64,000 bases of DNA from NCBI GenBank assembly GCA_002269645.1, contig NIVC01000297.1, positions 248,001-312,000 on the forward strand, given 5' to 3'. Positions 11,501 through 20,671 of the stretch are shown piece by piece (the stretch's first letter is position 1; each line of letters opens with the position of its first letter). The notes under the pieces are model-generated. The model was not told the DNA's origin. It searched no databases and saw only the letters and a program-made list of their open reading frames with translations. Both the position numbers and the translations under genes were made by a program. This DNA is from Macrostomum lignano (taxonomy: Eukaryota).

Positions 11501-13142
11501 AGACAAAAGCTTTGCCCTCCTCTGGTAAAACCTCCTCCGTGACTGGCTTTGGCGTTCGAATGAAGCCGCCGCCGCCGCCGCCGCCTGGTTGCTCCTCCGT
11601 CGTCTGGCCACACACGTGTTCTTTCAAGATATAATCCCAAGACGTGGTGTGAATAAAGCTCGCCAGACATTCAGGACAATAGCGCCGGCGTTTAGCACGA
11701 GAACTCAACAGCCTATCCAGATTTAGCACCGCCATGTAGTGTCCATACTTGAATTCTGCGTAAGGTGGTATGAACAGACAATTGACTGGCGCAAGGTCAC
11801 CAGTGGAACGACGAAAATTAAAAAACAGCACGGCAGTATTCGTGGCATGACTCCAGACAAACACACGCATCAGTCTAATTCGAGGGTTCAGCCGGCAAAA
11901 CTTTCTGTAGCTCCCAATTGAGTGACGAGTCACTCCGGCGCGCGTAAATCGAAAGCTTTTCAGCCAAGGCCTGTAAGACGCCTTTCGCCTTTTACGGGCT
12001 TGCCCTTCGACCTGTGAGGAAAAGACGCTCGACACGACAGCATACATAAAACAATCATGCTGATCTGCTCGGTGCGGGCGTAGAAACAAAACCGCTCCCG
12101 GCATACGACCAACAGCCAGTGGAACGCGGAATGGAACGGAACGGGTCGGAGCGGATTCTGTTGGACCGCCGCCCGCCTGCGCGCCCGCCGCCGCCGCCGC
12201 CGCCACGCCCGCCGCCACCACCACCGCCGCCCCGCCACCCGCTCCCCACACGTCCTGCTGCTGTTGCCGACGACTGCTAGTGTTCGACTGTAGTAGTAGA
12301 TATTTTCGGCGGAATATGCACAGCATAACGTCGACCTTGACAACGCCGAGGAACTTCCAGTTACTACCTCGGGACTGAAAGTTGTCTAATTTAGCTACCA
12401 GATCGTTTGTTGCCTCGCTGTACCATTGGTTGAAAACGTCCTCAGAGAGAAGAAGTACACGGCGGCCGGCGGCTGGAGCATTCGCATCGAAGGAGACCAT
12501 AACGACTTTGGAATTGAAAAAGGGCGCGATTACTTCTACCTCTTCGTTGTGGGGGGATTCACCAACAGCCGTGTCATTGGCGGGGGGATAACGAGTACGA
12601 TACATTTTTACATTAAGATGTATACATGTACGGAGTAAACAGTCCGCAGATCCGAGAGAGTTAAAAAGACGAAAAAGTGGAACTTGCAGTTGTGGAAGTA
12701 ACTCGCTGGGTGGTTCGGTCTCGCCATCGTCCTCGTCCAGCAGAGGCGTGAACGTCAGAAAGTTCGCCCGACCTCGGTGTGCGGACTCGGTATGTTGTAC
12801 CGACCAGCCTGGTGGAGTGTCCTCTTCGATTAGCCGACGCACTGGTTCTCGAAGTAAAAGTTGGTCTGGTTGATAGCACGAGCCATTGTGCGAGTGCCCA
12901 TGGAGGGCGGCTTGACTGTTGAATCTCTGCCGGCACACAGGGCATCTGATTTGTTTCGTCGTCGTCGTCGACGGCTGGAATGGTGTTGGCGATTGTTGGC
13001 GACGGGGTGGTTGTGATAATCGCCTAAATAGTTTGCTCGGTGGCAAAAATAAGGAAGGAATGCACAGCCTTAAGTTTGGTGGACAGTCCGAAAATGTCCT
13101 CCGCCGCGTGGTTAAACTGTATTTTACTTTGCAGAGATACAA
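8520..13142 (-). CDS. polB: Protein-primed family B DNA polymerase (pPolB) with N-terminal terminal-protein region; split by several frameshifts and an N gap
   Basis: In order: FQSRGSNW, GHYMAVLNLDRLL, VYADIESLL (Exo I), DHCHLSG..RG.AC..CN zinc finger, HNLRGYD (Exo II), KGVFPY, YLLLDVLLLCDVFE (Exo III), IRGG, YLDANSLY (A), KLLNNAVYGK (B), GDTDS (C), PKNY, KGV. True start not resolved; the track start is TTG. Confidence 0.93.
10586..10700. other. Assembly gap (115 N) with a 61-bp sequence duplicated on both sides
   Basis: 10525-10585 and 10701-10761 are the same sequence apart from homopolymer lengths (aaaa/aaa, tt/ttt). Confidence 0.95.
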
Positions 13143-13435
13143 TTATGTAGACAATTTGAATATTTAGGAATGAACAGCAGGCTAGTAAGTAGTAGGTCGT
13201 TGATGGTGGTTGAAAGAATAGAATCGTATAACTTAGTCAATGGTAGTGTTTTTAGGGGTCTGAATCAGTTCGAATGGATCATCATGATAAACAAAAATCG
13301 TTGGGTACGCATGGGAATTTTACCTTCAGGTAGTAATAGTGGTAGGTGGTGTTTTTTCAACTTGGTAGGGGCTCGGTTGAATTTAGGTGTTTATCACTAG
13401 AGCAGAAAATCATTGTTGTTAATATCAAGTGCATG

Positions 13436-14818
13436 TCAGAGCTCACGACGAATGATGCCGCCAACAAGATGGGCTAGATCGGTCGTAGATGTATCCGATC
13501 TGATTAGAATTTCGTGTACGTTCGAGTAGTCCTGGTAGTGGCGTGTAAACGCCTCGTCTAGCGACCGTAGATAGTCCAGGGAGATGCCAGTCTCCTCACC
13601 GCTGCGTCCGCGCTGCGCGATGCGTTGAATGGCCAACTCCGGGTCAATGCGCAGGTAAATAAGCGTCGTGTTCGCGCCGGTAAAGGGTACCCCAGTCGCT
13701 TCGAGGACGTCTAGTTGGCGCTGAGCAATCGCCCATTCGGTGTCAGACAGCGAGCCTTGACGGTGTAGTACGTCTTGGAATGCTCGAGCCGACCCGAGGC
13801 AGCGGTCGAGGATAACCACCTTGTTGTTGGATTGTTGGTTAACCTCATTCCGGACCTGGGTGGTAACACAAGATTGGCAAAAGTAGCTATACCGTGCGTG
13901 TCTTTCGACATTGGTTGTACATGTAGTAGGAGCTATACGAAAGGAATTACTAGATACTATAGTACCACTTACTTTGCTGTCTCTGTCGAGCAAGTCGTGG
14001 GAGACGTGCTGTTGGAATGCGACGGCCGGAAGCTCGCCTCGATAGAATGACTGAAGCAGATTTACCGAGTCCGGGAGGAGCGGGTGTCGCGCGTACTGGT
14101 GAACAGGCTCGGGACCGAAGACGGCTTTGTCGGCCCAACCCTCGAGGCGGGAGGTGAGAGCCAGTTCTCGAAGCAACGTCGACTTCCCGGCACCGATTAC
14201 GCCCTCCAGGAGAAAAATGCGAGACTGGCTCGTCATATTGGCTAGAATTGGAACAAATTCTGGTTTCGGAGCGGCTTCCTGACACAATTGTTTAACAATG
14301 TTGATCATTTCTAAAATCTGGCTAGTAGTCTTTGCACCTATTATAACGATCTTAAGGGAATGAAAAATATTGCACACCGTCCTATTGAGTGGAGCAGTAC
14401 TACGGAGGGTGACGGCTTGTGGGAATATCTCCGCGTCGTAATACAGCCGAGCTGTGCGAAAAGGCCCGATAAAGTTTTTCAAGGTCGAAAATTTGAGTCC
14501 AGGATAGTGGAGCAGACCAACGGTTGTAGAGCTGATTATACGAATCGATGTTTTGATTAGTTTAATTACTTTAAGGTGTATGAAATTCAGGGCACGTAGA
14601 AGTTGGACTCGGGATCTACAGCCATAAAGCGTGAGTAGTCCGCCGGGGTAGAACTGACATGAAAATTGGGGCAGTCCGATACGAAGCATACTTGGCTTGG
14701 CGGAGTATAATTTGGAGGGGATTCCCGCCTGGCCTAGACGTTTTTTTAGCCTATTTAAATCTAACTTTTCTCCTGGAGGGGTACTCGTTCTGGCTTGCAC
14801 TATTAGTAGGACCAATCT
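13436..14818 (-). CDS. TBP-like domain in frame with a deoxynucleoside/thymidylate kinase
   Basis: N-terminal ~175 aa shows both TBP repeats (KLDL..., QFYPGGLLTLYGCRS; YDAEIFPQ..., NIFHSLKIVIIGAKT). C-terminal part has P-loop LEGVIGAGKST, EPV, ILDRCLGS, YLRIDPELAIQRIAQRGRSGE and DYLRSL of the dNK family. Confidence 0.85.
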   Translation of the reverse strand, partial: RLVLLIVQARTSTPPGEKLDLNRLKKRLGQAGIPSKLYSAKPSMLRIGLPQFSCQFYPGGLLTLYGCRSRVQLLRALNFIHLKVIKLIKTSIRIISSTTVGLLHYPGLKFSTLKNFIGPFRTARLYYDAEIFPQAVTLRSTAPLNRTVCNIFHSLKIVIIGAKTTSQILEMINIVKQLCQEAAPKPEFVPILANMTSQSRIFLLEGVIGAGKSTLLRELALTSRLEGWADKAVFGPEPVHQYARHPLLPDSVNLLQSFYRGELPAVAFQQHVSHDLLDRDSKVSGTIVSSNSFRIAPTTCTTNVERHARYSYFCQSCVTTQVRNEVNQQSNNKVVILDRCLGSARAFQDVLHRQGSLSDTEWAIAQRQLDVLEATGVPFTGANTTLIYLRIDPELAIQRIAQRGRSGEETGISLDYLRSLDEAFTRHYQDYSNVHEILIRSDTSTTDLAHLVGGIIRREL

Positions 14819-14956
14819 CTGAAAAGAATAAATACGAGAAAAAATTCAGTATAACGGTTAAGATTTTATATATTTCTGGGTGATGCGTTTCCGTTTACGG
14901 AGAATGGTAGTTAGAGTTATAGGTATAGCTTCCCGCCACCAAGTGAACGCTAACGG

Positions 14957-16047
14957 TCACTGTGCGAAGACTTCATCATCTTCGCTGTCCATGGGCTCCG
15001 TCGAGGCCCCCGAGTCCACGTCCCCTAGTGCTGGGTTGGAGGCTGCAGCTTTACCCGCTTTGGGGACAGTATTGGTAGCACCGCTTACAAGATCTTTGAC
15101 GGGAGTCACCGTGATCCAGTCTTCAGCTGCTGCTGCTGTTGTTGCTGCTCCAGTCGTCTTGGTGGGGCGTTTGGCGGGGCTGCGACGAGTTGGGCCTTGT
15201 CGTCGTTTTCGTCCGCTAACTGGTTTCACTAGCGTCGTCGTAGTTGTTGACTCTTCTTCCTCAGTTGCGGCGGTGGCGGCGATTGGAGTCGACGTAGTTG
15301 GGATGTGAAATCGCAAAGCTTGGGCTAGCATCGGCAGGTGTTTCGGGTCGTCGTCGACCAGTGTCAGCGAGCGAAGGGCGAGGCCGAGGCGCCATGTCTT
15401 GCTTTCCTTCTGACGATAAAGACTTGTGAGCTGAACGGAGAGATGGTAAAGACCGCTAAGTCCCCTCAGCTCGCTTGTGTCAACTTCACGTGGGTGTTGA
15501 TTAGGCAGTGCTCGAAAGGTGAAACATGGTAGTGTAGGTTTTATGGCAATCCACTGGGCAAAGCCCAGGTCGCCTTCCTCGGTGGCGCGGGAGATGCGAA
15601 GCAGCGGCATCGGATCGCCCATTTGCTTTAGTTTGATAGCGATGCCTCTTTCGACTTGTCTAGCGAGAGCAAGGGGAATGAAAAGCAGTAAGAATTCATG
15701 GTCTAGTGAGTATGCACATGTAACAAGGATGGCGAATTCTTCAACTTACTTGATGCATTGTAGGAATTTGCTGCAAAAGGCCGATGATGACAGTCCGATG
15801 GCCACCGCCTCACGGTCTCCGGCTAAAAACTCTCCGGCATCCTGTATTTGGACACCACGAAGAATCTCGACTGGGGTCGTGGTTTGAATCACTAGTGGGG
15901 ACCTCCTGTCGACTTTGGGGGCGTCCACGTTACGCTACGGAAGGTGCAGCTTGCTGTAGGAGCGTTGGGTTCGCCTAGGTGGAGATTACCAACGTCGGCT
16001 TGGATAGCACCCGGTTGGAATACGGATTCGGCAGCGAAACCAGCCAT
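14957..16047 (-). CDS. Putative ssDNA-binding protein (T7 gp2.5/NCLDV-SSB-like); intron 15660-15749 and one frameshift near 15920
   Basis: Kozak aacaccATGG at 16047, TATAAAA at ~16138-16144; GTAAGT...pyrimidine tract-CTAG 90-nt intron removes an in-frame TAA and joins QCIK to QVERG; PLVIQT motif, beta-rich core, acidic tail DSEDDEVFAQ. The gene model is better supported than the product call. Confidence 0.55.
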
Positions 16048-16742
16048 GGTGTTGATCTTGCCTTGCTCGGAACGCGTGTTTGAAGTGCCTTCTATTTGGA
16101 GTCTTAATGAAGATTTTATTTCGTTTAGGGGTACCTATTTTATAGAGTTGTTTTTTAAGGGGGGCGTGGGATCGTTGAAGATTGTAGTTGGTCTTCTGGC
16201 TGGTGAATTCCCAGGGACTTTGGACATTTTGTTAAAGAGTTTAGGGTTGGTGAGATGCGATGCAAATATACGTGCGTTAAGAGATAATTTTGGCATTATA
16301 GTAGTGCGTGCAAATCGGTGAATTGATTTGACATGCTATTTAAGTTCACTAATTTGGTGTTCACTAGTGGAATAGGAAATTGATCTCACTCGATGCGTTC
16401 GGGTTATAGTAGGCTAGGGTCGGTGAATTGACTGCATGCATTTCATGGGCGTAAATTGCGTGCTCATTGCTGGATTGATAAAAATTTGGAAATGCCTGCA
16501 CCCTAGTTTGGGTCACGGGTGACGTTTTCCCATAGAGGTCGGTTTGTAGAAAGATACCGAAAGGGGGGTTTTTACTGGCTTCGGCATTGAGTGGTTGGTT
16601 GACAGCGCGGCGCTATCTATATGCTATATGCCGATAACGGAAATTGTGCAATCCCCCGCGTGGGTTGAGTTTCATATGAAGGGGAGATCTAGGTCATTGA
16701 GTTAGAGAGGAGACTTGGAACTGTTCGAACGATAGATTGCGA

Positions 16743-18481
16743 ATGACAATGGCCGAGGCTCAGGACGGATCGCGGGAAGAGTATTGGAAGGCACAGGAGG
16801 GATACTTTGAAGAATTGGAACGCAAATTCGCTTTCGTGGACTACGGTAGCGATCGACTCCGACGAGTGTCGCCCTTGAGTAGACCGTCTGGTAAGTATAG
16901 TTTTTTATGACTGCCACTCCTCTTGTATGGCACCGTATTTTGATAGGGCATCATATACCGACTTCAGTAGACGGGCAGCAAGACCTCCGTCCGGTCGCGG
17001 TAGTTCCGCCTAGTGTGCGTGGCCGCGAGGATCCCTATGACGGGGAAATTACTATAGGGAGGAATACGTTCCCACCAAGGACAGAGGTATGTAATATGCA
17101 TTCTGAGTTCGATTGCTTTGTGGTAGTATAACTTACTATGCCTTCATCTACTGGTAGGATTACTTCAACGCAAGGACGGCAGCTTTGGAGGAGCTACGTG
17201 AGGGGACCCGAGGTTCGCTATCGTGACGCGGGTTACGACGTAAGATTGATTTTTAAGTTAGTAGTGCCTGAGCTTGTACTTGACGAGTTCATTTTGCCTT
17301 TTTTAGCAACTATGCATGAGTGACCGAGTAGTTTTGCAGCACCAGTGGGCGACGGCAGTTTGTACGCGAACGCATGAACTGGTGCCGGAGATGGTGGCTC
17401 GGGGAAGGGAGGTACGAGACAATATTCGTATGCTTTTCTTATCACATATTGCATTAATAAATAAAGAATTTCCATTCTCATTTTAGGAGTTTTTAGCCAT
17501 GGTGAGTGGAGATGTGCTTTTTGGTGTGGTATAATTCACTCGTCCGTATGAAAATAAATTTACTTGTCTGTTCTTTATTCTTGAATCGTAGATTCGCGGA
17601 CGTGGTCGTCGGACTCGAAACGAGGTATGGATATTGTTATTTTAATTGAGTGTGATCCTAGTTCAATATTGTAGCCCAGTTGTATTTTCTGCTGTTGCAT
17701 ATTCCAGGCTGCGTGTGTTTCGTCCAGCCCCACACAGCTTACAATGGTCAGTAGTCGCTTGGCATTGATTAAACATTTAAGATATAAAGGCTGGAATCTT
17801 ATTTGACATTTCAGGCGAATTGCGCGATCGGAGAAGGGCGAGCTCCCGGACCACCGCAGCCATGTGTCCCGGTTAGTGATACATCGAAAACCATGCTCTT
17901 TATTTTGGCGGTATGTACATAAGTAGCTCGGTTTGGGAGGTGCTCTTCACGTGCCGGTTTAAGATGGAGTTACGAGGTTTTATGGTAGTAGAATTCGTGT
18001 TATTTAGTGTGAGACGGGACCGTTAATGCATGAACCAGTTCTACTTTATGCTGCCACGCATTCAAGACTGCATGGCATTGATTAAAACTTGAGGGTGTAA
18101 AACAGTTGAAATCTTATTTTTTTAAATTGCAGACAAATTTCGTGTTCGGACGGGGGCGGACTCCTGGACCGCCGCAACCTTCCACGGTTGGTGTTACGTA
18201 GAAGAATATGCTCTTCTTTGTAGGGTGTTCACAGTCATATCGGGTGGGGGGGGGCAGGTTGGTAGTGGTTTAGGGTGAAATATGCAAGTCTATGGTGGTA
18301 GAGTTTGTGTTACAACAAAGAGTTATTTATACAATCAAATTTCAGATTCCGAAGCCGCCATCCGGAAGTGGATTCCCTGGTGGTGGTAGGGTTAGTAAAT
18401 TTTATATTGATTGCAGCGTAGTAAATTGACCTGGTAAATGTATGTCATCTTCTTTGGTTTCAGGATGCGGACCTGTCGTAG
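16743..18481 (+). CDS. 11-exon gene of unknown function inside the Polinton (~244 aa)
   Basis: Exons 16743-16890, 16947-17086, 17158-17239, 17307-17411, 17487-17501, 17592-17624, 17708-17746, 17815-17871, 18133-18186, 18346-18390, 18464-18481. All ten introns are GT-AG and the frame is maintained if one extra G is removed from the G-run near 17203. Confidence 0.72.
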
Positions 18482-19448
18482 GCATTCGGGACTCGGCGTG
18501 TGGGTTGGTTGACTCCGTCGCCGCCGTCGGCTTGTTTATGTGGACTGTAGGGGACTTGTATTTGTAAATGTTTCGTATGCGACTTTTATTCAGTGAAGGC
18601 TTGGACATATGTGTCTATTTATTCTTTTGGATTCGCTCTGTGTGCAGTATCGTACATGTAAATACAGTGTGGCGTAGATCCAAGGCCTTCGTTCGATGTA
18701 AGGGCTTGCCAGCGGGGTGTCTGTCTTGTTGTGTCATCGGTGGAAATATAGCGTTGTTAAAGGATAGGTTTGGATCTTGTTTGTCTTAGGGCTAAAGAGA
18801 GGGGTGATAAACTCGGGGTTTGAGTTTTCGGTGGTGTGGTTAGTTCTAGGGCTTCTGGGGTGGGGGGTCTGTATTATGGGGTCTGGTTTATCTCAAGTGG
18901 GGGGTGAAGCATGGGGGTGGGAGTCGAATCACCCCGGGGGAATCTTAACGCGGCAATATTTTTTAAATCGCATGTAATTTGCTTTAGTTCTTTAAATTCA
19001 ACTTTTATTCAATTTTATTTTATTTACTTGTTAAAAACTTTTAATACACAAATATACCGGTTCGTCAATGAATGTATTAAAACTTGTAGTGCTAAAATAC
19101 ACGGATTCGATGTTGGTTGAAGTAGCTACTGAAGCCGGCGTTCAATCGAGAGGGCGGATAAGGTAAACAAAAGTGCAAGATATGCATATGTAGATGCCGC
19201 GGAGACGGATGAAAAGTAACAGAAAATATGCGAAAAAGTATAAGTACGAATATGAGTGGTTGGTATCGAGGTTTTGAGTTCTATGGGTAAAATATTGAAG
19301 CCTAGTGACGGTCCCCCTGGTTCTAATCTGTACTACATAAAAATGGAAAATACTATCCTGATCCTAAAATTGTAGACGTTTCGAGAAGTTTAACAATACA
19401 GCATAATAATGTTTGTTAGCAGGTAGGCGAGTACACTTAATGGCGGAT

Positions 19449-20030
19449 TCAGTCAATCAACACGGCCGTGGACGATAGTGGAAAGGTCGGCATGGACGGC
19501 GAGCGTGGTGTTGAGGTCCATGTTGGGGCAGCACGGCGGTTTGGGTTCGGTCCGGGTGAAGGTGTTTCGGTGCTGACTCTGCAAATAAGAGCGGAATGCT
19601 TCGGTAGTTGGGGGCCATGTTTCGGATAATGATTAGAATTTACTTACGTCTGAGTGGCTTGAGAATACTCTTGGCTACGGAAGTCATTCGGACGGCGGGA
19701 CTCGGGAGAGCGGATGCGTTTGTAGCAGTGGTGAAGCAAAGCGAGCACCAGGAACAGAAAAATAATTAGAAAAACGACCTTCAGGGCCACCAGTTGCGCA
19801 CTTGCTAGGTTGATTAGTTTGTTGACGCTTTCTCCGATTGCAGTAAACATTTGGGTATTATTGTATGCCTGGACGGCTATACGATTTCGGAGCTCTTCTT
19901 GGGAGTAATGGGAATTCTCGGATAATTGTCTGACAACTGCCGAAAGTTGTCTGGTAGTTTCCGCGTTGTTTTGGGTGGCTTGGGCCTGTTTAATAAACAC
20001 AGCCAGTATTTTTTGTAGTCGGTTCGCCAT
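19449..20030 (-). CDS. Two-exon single-pass membrane protein (~170 aa) inside the Polinton
   Basis: Exon 20030-19648, intron 19647-19579 (GTAAGT...TTTGCAG), exon 19578-19449 in frame; TM segment VALKVVFLIIFLFLVLALL followed by HHCYKRIR; AATAAA downstream near 19000-19025. Confidence 0.65.
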
Positions 20031-20607
20031 TAAGATGGTTATACGAGACTCGGTGAACTAATAAACTTGCCAGACTATTCACTCGAGAATCCGACTTGAC
20101 GCCGTTTTTAGCGCTTGCGTCTAGAAGTTTGTATCTGTTCAAACCCTCAAGTCGTGGGGAGGGGTGGGGGTGGGGGGTACAAGTTGTGCGCGGGTGGTTG
20201 ATGAGAATCGGATTTTAATCGATTAATGTGGCGGGGTGGGTGTACATTTCGCTGTGTGCGCCCTAGCGTTTGGGGTAAGGTCTTTTCTCGGAAATGTAGC
20301 ACTTATGGTCCGGCGGGAACGGAGTATGGATCGTAGAGTTGGTATAGAATGCAAGTGGTTTATTTACGGAGCAAGTGGTTATTATAATCTTCGCAATATC
20401 TATTACTGGAAATGGCGCAGGCCGCGCTCGTGAGTAGTGTTGCCTAAGGCCGAGTAAAGCGTATACCTTATCGTGCGTTTAACACGGTTTCGGAATTTGA
20501 AGTGCTTGGTGAATAGTCTGTTGGTTTCCACCTACTCGGGTGCGACTGCGAGTATAAGATAAGTAGGGGTACGATTTGTAGGCGGCTCGCTTGAGCGGGT
20601 TAGGACG

Positions 20608-20671
20608 GGTGGGGACTGTATTCATTTTTACATGTAAAAATGAGGGGTGCGTGTAATTTTATAATACTACT
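20608..20671 (-). repeat. Right terminal inverted repeat of the Polinton
   Basis: Ends in ...ataatactact; inverted copy of 366-429 with 3 mismatches. Confidence 0.9.

Larger units (their letters stand above)
366..20671 (-). mobile_element. Polinton/Maverick (adintovirus-like) endogenous dsDNA virus, ~20.3 kb
   Basis: AGTAGT...ACTACT termini with 64-bp TIRs enclosing pPolB, rve integrase, adenain, FtsK/A32 ATPase, major and minor capsid genes; core genes are tightly packed on the minus strand. Confidence 0.95.

Noticed and set aside
13170-13400. 76-aa plus-strand ORF between dNK and pPolB
   Set aside because: No motif and opposite to the transcription unit; the region more likely holds the unresolved pPolB 5' end.
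18402-18608. 68-aa minus-strand ORF in the Polinton accessory region
   Set aside because: Short, no motif, and overlaps the better-supported last exons of the plus-strand spliced gene; cannot be excluded.
19100-19345. Open hydrophobic minus-strand frame (...AYLALLFTLSALSIERRLQ)
   Set aside because: No ATG and no convincing splice partner; lies in the probable 3' UTR of the membrane-protein gene.
20137-20177. B-box-like gttcaaacc and a G-quadruplex-like G-run, suggesting a VA-RNA-like Pol III gene
   Set aside because: No matching A box or clear secondary structure; single short motifs are expected by chance.
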